Shown piece after piece: positions 28,919 through 36,427 of a stretch of 45,701 nt of DNA; the stretch's first letter is position 1, and every line of letters begins with the position of its first letter. The stretch spans positions 1 through 45,701 of the forward strand of contig JAXHSS010000003.1 in the NCBI GenBank assembly GCA_034190675.1. The letters run 5' to 3'. The stretch comes from Pseudomonadota bacterium. GTDB taxonomy: Bacteria; Pseudomonadota; Gammaproteobacteria; Pseudomonadales; JAXHSS01. The position numbers were made by a program, and so were the translations under genes. The notes under the pieces are model-generated. The model was given only the letters and a program-made list of their open reading frames with translations, was not told where the DNA came from and made no database searches.

Positions 28919-30945
28919 ATCCCCAACTCCTCAAAAATCTTCTGAATTTGAGCGGCAAGAGTAGCGGCTTCTTCGTTCAACCCTTTCAGCTCAATATGAA
29001 TATCACGTAGGGTTTCTTCAAAGTCGAAATCTTCGTCCTCGACCTCTGGTGCCACACCAACATAGCGCCCCGGGGTCAGGCTCCAGTCATTGGCTTTGAT
29101 CTCTTCGGTATCCACCAGCTTGACCAGGCCTTCCACATCAGCAAGCTGCGCATCAGGGAAGCGTTCTTGCAGCCAGTGGGCTTGTTTGAAGAAATAACGG
29201 ATCAGTTTTAACTGCTCGACGGCTTCTTTGCGCTGTTCATCAAGTGCTTTGATGGGTTTATTTAACCCCTTTTCACCGGCTTTTTTCAGGCGCTCTTGGC
29301 TGTCTTTGGCCTGCTTTTCAACAAACTTGTAGAGCTGGTCAATCTGCTTGATCAGGTCTCGGCTGGTTTCGGCTAAAGGTTCCAGTTTTTCAGCGGAGGC
29401 CTTCAGCCCCGCATTATCCTTCGCCGATTTCTTCCAAGCTTTGCTCTCGGCATCAATGCTGGCTTCAAATACGTTGATATCCTTAGCCAACACGTCAAAG
29501 GCGCTTTTCGTTTCATCATCGACTTCAGGGAGCTTGGCGATCAATTCATCCAGCCCGGCAATAAAGCCATCCATCTGCTCTTTGCTGGCCTTTGCCTCTG
29601 CAAGTGTGCGATCAAGGTAGCTTTCAACCAACTCCAAAAAACGTTCGTTCTGCCCACGATAAAGCCAGATGATAGAAGTCAGATTGGCCAGTTGCTCGGG
29701 CGAGAAGTCGTAAATTTTGCGCGTGACCTTGCGGTAGACATTGCGCGCATCGAGCATCAGCACCTTGTCTTTCATGGCTTCCGCTTTGTTCTTGTTAAAG
29801 AACCAAAGCTCACAGGGCACTGAGCGGGTATAGAAGAAGTTGGAACGGATGGCGACCATCGCTCCAACATGACCACTCTCAACCAGCTTGCGGCGTACCT
29901 CGGCCTCTTGCCCTCCGGCGCTTGATGCCTGTGAAGACATAACAAAACCTGCGCGGCCTTCGTCATTCAAATAACTGTAAAAGTAGGAAATCCAGAGATA
30001 GTTACCGTTGGAAACGGCGCCTTTCTTATTGACCCCCGGCAGCCCAAACGGCAAACGCGGATCGTTTTTAATTTTCTCCGCGTCCACGTCATCGACGTTG
30101 AATGGCGGATTGGCCATCACGAAGTTGGCTTTGCCGAGAAAATCATGTGGGTCTTCGTAATAGGAAATCGCCTTTTGTATTTTGCCTTCCAGCCCATGTA
30201 CCGCCAGGTTCATTTTGGCCAAGCGGATGGTGGTGGGGTTTTTCTCTGCACCGTAGAAGGTCGCTACATCTTGCGGATTCTTGTGCATCTTTTCGATGAA
30301 GTGTGCGCTTTGCACAAACATCCCGCCTGAACCACAAGCAGGGTCGATGACCGAGCCATGATCGGGTTCGATAAAGTTCACGATCATCTGCACCAAGGAA
30401 ACAGGCGTGAAGAATTCACCTCCGTCATGAGCGCTTTCGTTGGCAAACTGAGTTAGGAAGTATTCGTAGATGCGGCCAAAGATGTCGCCAGTCGCCTTTT
30501 TCAGAGCTGGATCGTTGAAAGTGCGCAGCAAATTACCAAGCACGTCATTGTCCAGCTCTTGATATTCGCTCTTGGGCAATACGCCTTTGAGAGTTTCGTA
30601 GTCTTCTTCAATGGCCTCCATCGCGTCGATGATAGCCTGGGCGCGGTCATCGCCCTCAGTCAGATTGATCAGATAATCGAATTGGGCTTTTTCCTGAAGG
30701 AAGATAGCGCCTTTACTGGAGAAGTCTTCCTTGGTGAGCGGCCTGGTCACGCCGCCTCGGGATGGCAAAGATGCTTCGATTTCTGGCTTCACCGCGAGAT
30801 AACGGCTATAGGCATGACGAAGGAAGATAAGCCCCATCACGGGCATAAAGTATTCATTGCTGGCGTAATTGCTGTTGGCGCGAAGGTTGTCGGCGCTGCC
30901 CCACAGTCGTTTCTCTATTGCTTCTATATTATCTAGCTGAGCCAT
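28915..30945 (-). CDS. hsdM: Type I R-M N6-adenine DNA methyltransferase subunit with about 200-aa coiled-coil insertion/extension
   Basis: The SAM-binding motif is VIDPACGSGGMF and the catalytic motif is VMANPPFN. I chose the start at ATG 30945, which has GGAG 7-10 nt upstream. The track's start at 30996 would overlap the upstream HTH gene. Confidence 0.93.
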   Translation of the reverse strand: MAQLDNIEAIEKRLWGSADNLRANSNYASNEYFMPVMGLIFLRHAYSRYLAVKPEIEASLPSRGGVTRPLTKEDFSSKGAIFLQEKAQFDYLINLTEGDDRAQAIIDAMEAIEEDYETLKGVLPKSEYQELDNDVLGNLLRTFNDPALKKATGDIFGRIYEYFLTQFANESAHDGGEFFTPVSLVQMIVNFIEPDHGSVIDPACGSGGMFVQSAHFIEKMHKNPQDVATFYGAEKNPTTIRLAKMNLAVHGLEGKIQKAISYYEDPHDFLGKANFVMANPPFNVDDVDAEKIKNDPRLPFGLPGVNKKGAVSNGNYLWISYFYSYLNDEGRAGFVMSSQASSAGGQEAEVRRKLVESGHVGAMVAIRSNFFYTRSVPCELWFFNKNKAEAMKDKVLMLDARNVYRKVTRKIYDFSPEQLANLTSIIWLYRGQNERFLELVESYLDRTLAEAKASKEQMDGFIAGLDELIAKLPEVDDETKSAFDVLAKDINVFEASIDAESKAWKKSAKDNAGLKASAEKLEPLAETSRDLIKQIDQLYKFVEKQAKDSQERLKKAGEKGLNKPIKALDEQRKEAVEQLKLIRYFFKQAHWLQERFPDAQLADVEGLVKLVDTEEIKANDWSLTPGRYVGVAPEVEDEDFDFEETLRDIHIELKGLNEEAATLAAQIQKIFEELGI

Positions 30946-30952
30946 TCGGCTG

Positions 30953-31135
30953 TTACTCCGTTTCTTTCTTCTTCTTTTCTTCAATCCAGCGTTCAATATC
31001 TTCGGTTTTAAAACGCCAGCTTCCTCCTACCTTAAAACCAGGTAATTTGCCTTCAGCGGCTAGCTTGTAAGCCGTTTTTTCAGCGAGCTTTAGGTAAGCC
31101 GCCACCTCTTTTAAAGTTAATATTTGATCAGTCAT
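30953..31135 (-). CDS. Small excisionase/AlpA-type helix-turn-helix DNA-binding protein
   Basis: 60 aa: MTDQILTLKEVAAYLKLAEKTAYKLAAEGKLPGFKVGGSWRFKTEDIERWI. It ends 7 nt before the hsdM start. The longer track ORF (to 31261) adds an implausible N-terminus. Confidence 0.75.
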   Translation of the reverse strand: MTDQILTLKEVAAYLKLAEKTAYKLAAEGKLPGFKVGGSWRFKTEDIERWIEEKKKKETE

Positions 31136-31551
31136 AGCATTTTCTGCCCTCATAACTATAGGGGAGAATATGGGAAAATAGATGAATTCACAACCAAAGA
31201 GATTTACGCTGGTGCAGTTATATACACTCGCATCCAAGATCGCGCCTTGGTCGTCCTCCACTGGCGAAACAGTGGTCGAGGTTAAGCGTCGAAATGCTTA
31301 CAGCATCCAATCCGCGCAGGGTTGGTCGAGGGAGTTCATGAGGGGCTATGGCTATGACATGCCCCTTTGATTGATGGGAAGTCCATGAAGGGAGAGCTAA
31401 CTTCTCCTTTCTGGTTGATGGGGTTGCAAGGGGAGAGCAAAATCTCAGCCTTGCCCATGGGGTTCTTAGGGCTTTGAGATTTGGCTCGCCCGCTGTTTCC
31501 TCAAAAAAAGCACAATAAGCGAACAACAGCACATAGAAGCACCTCGAAAAA

Positions 31552-31676
31552 AGCAACATATATGCTTCTTTTTGCCACTGAAAGACTTCAATTCTTCAAA
31601 AGCAACTTATATGTTGCTGAAGCTAAAAAAAGAAACTAATATGTTTCTTAATGGTAAATAGCAACATATACGCTTC
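31552..31676. promoter_or_regulatory. Four operator-like 17-18-bp dyad repeats upstream of the hipB-like gene
   Basis: The four copies are agcaacatatatgcttc (31552-31568), agcaacttatatgttgct (31601-31618), agaaactaatatgtttct (31631-31648) and agcaacatatacgcttc (31660-31676). The shared pattern is AGmAAC-N6-GyTTCT/GCT with dyad symmetry. Confidence 0.6.
31614..31642 (+). promoter_or_regulatory. Candidate sigma70 promoter of hipBA-like operon
   Basis: The -35 is TTGCTG (31614-31619), the spacer is 17 bp, and the -10 is TAATAT (31637-31642). The hexamers lie inside operator copies 2 and 3, and copy 4 lies in the leader. Confidence 0.5.
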
Positions 31677-31679
31677 ATT

Positions 31680-32018
31680 ATGAATTCACTACTCGAACAA
31701 ATCAAAAAACGCCGTATCGCATTGAAGCTTAAGCAGCACGATATGATGCTGCGCGTTGGTATATCGCGCCAGCAATATCAGCGCTTGGAATCCAAAGGCA
31801 ATCCGCGCCTCGATACTCTTGAGCTTGTCGCTAAGGGGCTTAAAAGTGAGTTGCTGCTGATACCACAAGAAAAATTGAATGCTGTGCTGGCGGTACTGGC
31901 CGACGATACTCTTTCACCCACTGGGCCATCAAATGGCACACCAAGCAAGACAGAAAAAGAACAAAGTAACCCACTGGCTGATGATCCATGGCAGGGTTTG
32001 CTGGGAGAGAATGAATGA
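31680..32018 (+). CDS. XRE-family HTH protein, HipB-like antitoxin
   Basis: HTH motif LKLKQHDMMLRVGISRQQYQRLESKGNPRLDTLELVAKGL. There is a 4-nt ATGA overlap with the downstream kinase gene. Confidence 0.8.
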   Translation: MNSLLEQIKKRRIALKLKQHDMMLRVGISRQQYQRLESKGNPRLDTLELVAKGLKSELLLIPQEKLNAVLAVLADDTLSPTGPSNGTPSKTEKEQSNPLADDPWQGLLGENE

Positions 32019-33319
32019 GCACAGATAGCAATGATGAAGTCAATGTTCTACAGCTCTCAATTCATGGCGTGCTGATCGGCTATCTCGCAGGGTTTAAGAA
32101 TGGCCGCAATGTTTTGAGCATTGCAGACTCATTTAAAAACGATCCTGAACGTCCGACATTCAGCCTGATTACTCATCCCGCGTTTCCGAATGCGGCCAAG
32201 CTCATGGCTGCGCCATGGGCGCGGAATCAACGGCTGCATCCTGTACTTTCAAACTTGTTACCAGAGGGATCATTACGTGAGCTGATCTCACAAGGCCTGA
32301 AAGTGCATATAGATAATGAATTTCACATTTTCTCGTATCTTGGCGAAGATTTGCCGGGAGCTATCGAAGCCACGCCCATGGAGCCTGAAGATGTTCCCGT
32401 CCTTTTATTAGAGAGTGTCCTGAGCACGCACGGAAAGGCTAAGGCAGTTAAGTTCGATAAAGATGCCATCTACAAAAAAGGAAGAGAAAACAAGTTTTCC
32501 TTGGCTGGCGTACAAATGAAGTTTTCCATGAAGGAGAAGGATGGGCGCTATAACTTATCCAAGGGTGACGTGCTGGGTGATTGGATCATCAAAACGCCCT
32601 CAACCAAGCACAAGTTTGTGCCATTGAACGAATATACCGCCATGTCGCTGGCGGGGCTCGTTGGCGTTGATATTCCTGAGATCAAATTGGTTGAGCTGAA
32701 TCAGCTCGACAATCTGCCACAAATTAACTTACCCGATGAAAAGCAGGCCTTTGCCATTAAGCGATTTGATCGTGACGACGACATGCGCATTCACATGGAA
32801 GACTTCGCGCAAATTCTGGTGAAGTATCCGCACGAAAAATACACTTCGGCCAATTATGAGAATATCGGTAAAGTCATTTATGACTTTTCTGGCGACGGCC
32901 TTGCCGACGCTCAACAGTTCGCAAGGCGATTACTGGTGAATATTCTCTTGGCCAATGGCGATGCACATCTCAAGAACTGGAGCTTCTTGTATCCTGATAA
33001 GATCACGCCACGGCTGTCTCCTGCCTACGATATCGTTACAACCAATGTCTTTATCGAGAATGAAACCCAGTACGCGCTCAACCTCGGTAAAACCAAAGAA
33101 TGGTATAGCGTTACTATGGCGCACTTTCAGTCATGGGCAGATAAGTCGGGTATTCCGTGGCGAGCGATCAAACCTCATTTGGATGACACAATGACAAAAG
33201 CGAGAGAGTTATGGCCTGAGGCTCTGAAAGCGTTACCGATGGACGAAGCGCACAAAGATACGCTCAGAGAACATTGGGTAAAACTTCATGATGAATTCAA
33301 AATTAATGCCGTAAAGTAA
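32015..33319 (+). CDS. HipA-family serine/threonine kinase toxin
   Basis: The N-terminal region is a coupling domain (LSIHGVLIGYL). Other motifs are FSLAGVQMKFS and the catalytic loop LLANGDAHLKNWSFLY, followed by LSPAYDIV. Length is 434 aa. Confidence 0.88.
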   Translation: MSTDSNDEVNVLQLSIHGVLIGYLAGFKNGRNVLSIADSFKNDPERPTFSLITHPAFPNAAKLMAAPWARNQRLHPVLSNLLPEGSLRELISQGLKVHIDNEFHIFSYLGEDLPGAIEATPMEPEDVPVLLLESVLSTHGKAKAVKFDKDAIYKKGRENKFSLAGVQMKFSMKEKDGRYNLSKGDVLGDWIIKTPSTKHKFVPLNEYTAMSLAGLVGVDIPEIKLVELNQLDNLPQINLPDEKQAFAIKRFDRDDDMRIHMEDFAQILVKYPHEKYTSANYENIGKVIYDFSGDGLADAQQFARRLLVNILLANGDAHLKNWSFLYPDKITPRLSPAYDIVTTNVFIENETQYALNLGKTKEWYSVTMAHFQSWADKSGIPWRAIKPHLDDTMTKARELWPEALKALPMDEAHKDTLREHWVKLHDEFKINAVK

Positions 33320-33553
33320 GCCTGTTTTAAGAGTAAGCAGTGTATCAAACGCCGGAAAATTCAGAAGGAACAAAATCTGGTGTTTCTTCGGAGAAGAATT
33401 TTTTTGAACTAACAGAACCATTAAAAAGGGCCGAACAATGAATATGAATCAGGTGATGCTACCCGTTTCAAACATGGATGAAGCAACAGTTTTTACAGGC
33501 GAATGGGATTACACTTTATTACTGAGCTTTCGATAGTAAATTAAGTTTAAACT

Positions 33554-34450
33554 TTATTTAAAGCACTCTTTAAAAAAATTAACCAAAGGCCGTGTAATCG
33601 TTGTTTCCTTGGGCTCACCAATTGCTTTGGCAATTCCAATATGACTGTATTCACTGCCATCAACTATAGTGACGTTTACTTTGGCGGCTTTTAGCACATT
33701 GGCGAATTCCATGATTCTATTTTTTCTACGCTCTTGACCTCTTAAAGTTAAAAAGAAATGAGGGTAGCTTAACCCCTTTTTGACATGGTAATAAGGTGAA
33801 GCGTCTCGGTTTGCTTTTGGGTCAGAGCCGAAAGCATTAACAATCATTGGGATGCCTTGAGCAACATATTCATCGACCTTATAAACATCAATATCAATGG
33901 AAGCCACGCCTTTTATAATTGAAAAGGGTATATTTCTATCTTCTAAAAATTCGCGCTTGGTTCCTGCTAAAGATACTAAATGTGCGCCCGCACTATGACC
34001 AATTAAAGCAATTTTATTAGGGTTGCCACCGTATTTTGAAATGTTTTTGTACACCCAAGCCATAGCATCCGCTATATCATTATTATGATCAGGGTATTTA
34101 ATGCGATTATCGTCCATGCGAATTTTGAGAAGTTTCGGTCTTGGGCTGAGGCGGTAATTGACACCTACCAAGATCCAACCATTCTCAAGTGCTAAATTTC
34201 TTAGGTTTTCAACGCCTTCTGCCTTGTCACCAAGGTGCCAGCCGCCGCCATGAACCCATATAATGACTGGTTTTTGAGAGAAATTGTCAACGGTGGAATA
34301 GATGTCAAGGCTGACCCTTTCTGAGTCAACACCGGTTAAACTTTTATATTGAATGGTTTTAAAAGTAGTATTGTCAGGGGCAGGGGTTTTTGATGCCGAG
34401 CAGCTTGAAGTAAAAATCCCAATAATGAAAAGCACAATAATTTTGTACAT
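33554..34450 (-). CDS. Alpha/beta-hydrolase esterase/lipase, lipoprotein
   Basis: The signal peptide has the lipobox FTSSC. The oxyanion motif is VHGGGW and the nucleophile elbow is GHSAGAH. The gene is visibly AT-rich compared with its neighbours. Confidence 0.85.
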   Translation of the reverse strand: MYKIIVLFIIGIFTSSCSASKTPAPDNTTFKTIQYKSLTGVDSERVSLDIYSTVDNFSQKPVIIWVHGGGWHLGDKAEGVENLRNLALENGWILVGVNYRLSPRPKLLKIRMDDNRIKYPDHNNDIADAMAWVYKNISKYGGNPNKIALIGHSAGAHLVSLAGTKREFLEDRNIPFSIIKGVASIDIDVYKVDEYVAQGIPMIVNAFGSDPKANRDASPYYHVKKGLSYPHFFLTLRGQERRKNRIMEFANVLKAAKVNVTIVDGSEYSHIGIAKAIGEPKETTITRPLVNFFKECFK

Positions 34451-34547
34451 AGGATCCTTCTATATCAATAATAAATGTGATTAGTATATCAAAATTTAAT
34501 CATTGAGATAAAATATCAATTTTTGTTCACTGCTGTCCCGTTGACTT

Positions 34548-34900
34548 TCATATGAGTTTCATTTGATTAACATCGTGCAGCTTGCCATCAGGCGGGTCGC
34601 CTCTTAATAGCGCCATCCAGTCACGTTTATCAAACAAATTAAGCTGCAATAGCCGTAATAACTGCTGCATACTTTTTGTGAGTCCTGACTGAAATTTCAG
34701 AAATGAAATGAGTAGGTATACGCACATCGCTATCCATATTTTTGTCACCACCGCATTCTTACGGGTGCCAACAAATGATTTTATTTTCAGGTTCTGTTTT
34801 ACCCATTTAAAAAATAATTCCACTTGCCATCTGGCTTTGTAAATATCCATATTTGTCAGTTGCTTATACCAATCGTAATCATTGTACGCCTTATCAATCG
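34548..34900 (-). mobile_element. IS4-family DDE transposase, C-terminal fragment only (pseudogene)
   Basis: The fragment contains DKAYNDYDWY (second-Asp region) and YKARWQVELFFKWVKQNLKIK (Y-x2-R-x3-E motif). The N-terminal two-thirds are missing. The homology stops exactly where the right direct repeat begins. Confidence 0.8.
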
Positions 34901-35112
34901 CAACATTGCCGACCAAAACACAAGTCAGCGCTGAATTTGATGCGAAAAGTACAAGAAAAACCGTTGATAATCAGGAAGTTTTGCTGATTAGCACCTGCCT
35001 GCAACAAGTGCTTTTCAGCACAATCAACACAGACTTGGAGACAATACTTTTATTGAGATTTTAAGCAAGCAACACTTTTAAGTGCTCGCCTACTTTGGAA
35101 GGCCTTTGATGT

Positions 35113-35124
<12 letters not shown>
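34901..35124. repeat. Right 224-bp direct repeat (overlaps 3' 12 nt of intact tRNA-fMet)
   Basis: Partner of 19684-19907, with 219 of 224 positions identical by my manual alignment. Confidence 0.92.
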
Positions 35125-35189
<65 letters not shown>

Positions 35190-35204
35190 ACATCAAGGCC
35201 GTGC

Positions 35205-35233
35205 ATATTATCAACGAGGCATAGGCTTGTCAA
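35205..35233 (-). promoter_or_regulatory. Near-consensus sigma70 promoter for tRNA-fMet
   Basis: On the minus strand the -35 is TTGACA (35233-35228), the spacer is 17 bp, and the -10 is TAATAT (35210-35205). A GC-rich discriminator gcacggc follows. The tRNA 5' end lies 15 nt after the -10. Confidence 0.65.
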
Positions 35234-35245
35234 GCCAAAAGCGAA

Positions 35246-35545
35246 TTATTCGTGCAAATCTCTGATTTTTCTTAGCTCAGCATCAATTTGATCACGCAAG
35301 ACCACCACCGTGTCAGGTGCGAAATCAAGCGACATCTGGCTGCGCTCTGCTTGCAGCAATTCGTAAGATAAGTTCAGCGCTGTGATGATAGCAATGCGCT
35401 CCAGGCCCACAACATGCCCTTTATACTTCATCTCGCGCATGCGTTTGTCTAGGTCGCGCCCCGCTTCGAGCAACAGCGGTTCGTGCTCTTTTGGGCAGTT
35501 AATTTGATAGGGTTTGCCTAGAATATCCACCGTTACCGTAATCAT
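35246..35545 (-). CDS. zapA: Cell division protein ZapA
   Basis: 99 aa: VTVDILGKPYQINCP...ERIAIITALNLSYEL. It has the conserved neighbourhood opposite ygfB-pepP. Confidence 0.85.
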   Translation of the reverse strand: MITVTVDILGKPYQINCPKEHEPLLLEAGRDLDKRMREMKYKGHVVGLERIAIITALNLSYELLQAERSQMSLDFAPDTVVVLRDQIDAELRKIRDLHE

Positions 35546-35751
35546 TAGATCAACTCAGCATCTTTTAAACGGTGAATGATGGCATCTATTTTTTGCTTTG
35601 CCAGCTCGTTTTTTTTCTTTAAATCGCTGCATTCCTCTCGCAAACGCTCCTCCTTTTCTTTGACATCCTCATACATTTTACGAAGGTTTTCACTCGCCAC
35701 TAGTAAACGTTGGACGTCTGCCTGCAATTGTTCTAAATCACTCATAGCCAT
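35545..35751 (-). CDS. Small coiled-coil protein co-transcribed with zapA
   Basis: 68 aa with heptad-rich sequence (LEQLQADVQRLL...KKKNELAKQKIDAIIHRLK). Its stop overlaps the zapA start. Confidence 0.6.
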   Translation of the reverse strand: MAMSDLEQLQADVQRLLVASENLRKMYEDVKEKEERLREECSDLKKKNELAKQKIDAIIHRLKDAELI

Positions 35752-35820
35752 ATTATTTTTTGCGCAATTTGGATAATATAGGTTTGATACGAATATTGGT
35801 CAAATATCTTAAGAAAAATT

Positions 35821-36426
35821 GTGGAAAACCTCGGATTTAATGAAATTTTAAAAGGCTTGCAATCAGCTAATAGTCAACTGCACCCTTCCGTGCTTCACGG
35901 CTTGGTGAGCGGCCTATGCTGTGCAAAATTCAGCGCCAAGGACCAGTGGCAGCAACTGTTGCTGGGTGATAGCCAAGAAGATCAAGAGCTCATGGCCGCC
36001 CTGATTGCTAAAGTATTCAGCGAAACAGAGCAGGCATTGAGTGATATTGATTTCACCTTTGAGCCATTATTGCCCGAAGAAACCAGCTCGCTGAATAACC
36101 GTGTTAAAGCAATGGTCGGGTGGTGTCAGTCATTTATCCATGCCTTTGACTGGGCAAGCAAACAGCGCGATAAGCAGACAGATATCGATACCGAAAGCTA
36201 TTTGAGCGAGATTACAACGATCTCTGAGCTCGACACTGGGCACATCGAGCAAGAAGATGAAGTCGATTTTATGGACATCATCGGCTTTTTGAAAATCTGC
36301 GTACTGAACATTTACGCAGAACATGCCATACAACGTGAGCCTGTGCGCTCATCACCCAATAAGGACTTTCTCGCCGAGCTCGACTTCGACGATGATCCAT
36401 ACACCGACGGAACGACGATTCACTAA
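35821..36426 (+). CDS. UPF0149 (YgfB-like) family protein
   Basis: It lies directly upstream of pepP as in E. coli ygfB. Motifs include HPSVLHGLVSGLCC and GWCQSF. The start codon is GTG. Confidence 0.7.
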   Translation: MENLGFNEILKGLQSANSQLHPSVLHGLVSGLCCAKFSAKDQWQQLLLGDSQEDQELMAALIAKVFSETEQALSDIDFTFEPLLPEETSSLNNRVKAMVGWCQSFIHAFDWASKQRDKQTDIDTESYLSEITTISELDTGHIEQEDEVDFMDIIGFLKICVLNIYAEHAIQREPVRSSPNKDFLAELDFDDDPYTDGTTIH

Positions 36427-36427
36427 C

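Noticed and set aside
30946-31261. The longer track starts for hsdM (30996) and the HTH gene (31261). Similar N-terminal extensions occur for pepP (36323), ubiI (38936), rpsO (13421) and the two FadL genes (41649, 43141).
   Set aside because: The extensions overlap upstream genes or add non-conserved residues. In each case a downstream ATG with a Shine-Dalgarno sequence gives the canonical N-terminus.
31182-31559. ORFs 31182-31370 (plus strand, 62 aa) and 31218-31559 (minus strand, 113 aa) in the HTH/hipB intergenic region.
   Set aside because: They have no RBS and odd composition, and they overlap each other. I treat the region as non-coding, possibly structured RNA; see the finding for 31260-31500.
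31552-31676. The four short repeats, considered as a possible mini-CRISPR array.
   Set aside because: The repeats are only 17-18 bp and internally palindromic. Their spacing is irregular (about 49, 30 and 28 bp), they overlap a promoter, and no cas genes are present. They fit operators and not CRISPR repeats.
33438-33536. A 32-aa ORF, MNMNQVMLPVSNMDEATVF..., resembling the N-terminus of a glyoxalase/VOC-family protein.
   Set aside because: It is too short and the similarity is only a recalled pattern (N.V.LPV.D...). At best it is a gene fragment and cannot be supported as a feature.
35190-35245. I expected 6S RNA (ssrS) downstream of zapA, as in E. coli.
   Set aside because: Only 56 nt separate the zapA stop from the tRNA 5' end. 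A promoter-like TTGACA/TAATAT pair fills that gap, leaving no room for an RNA of about 180 nt.
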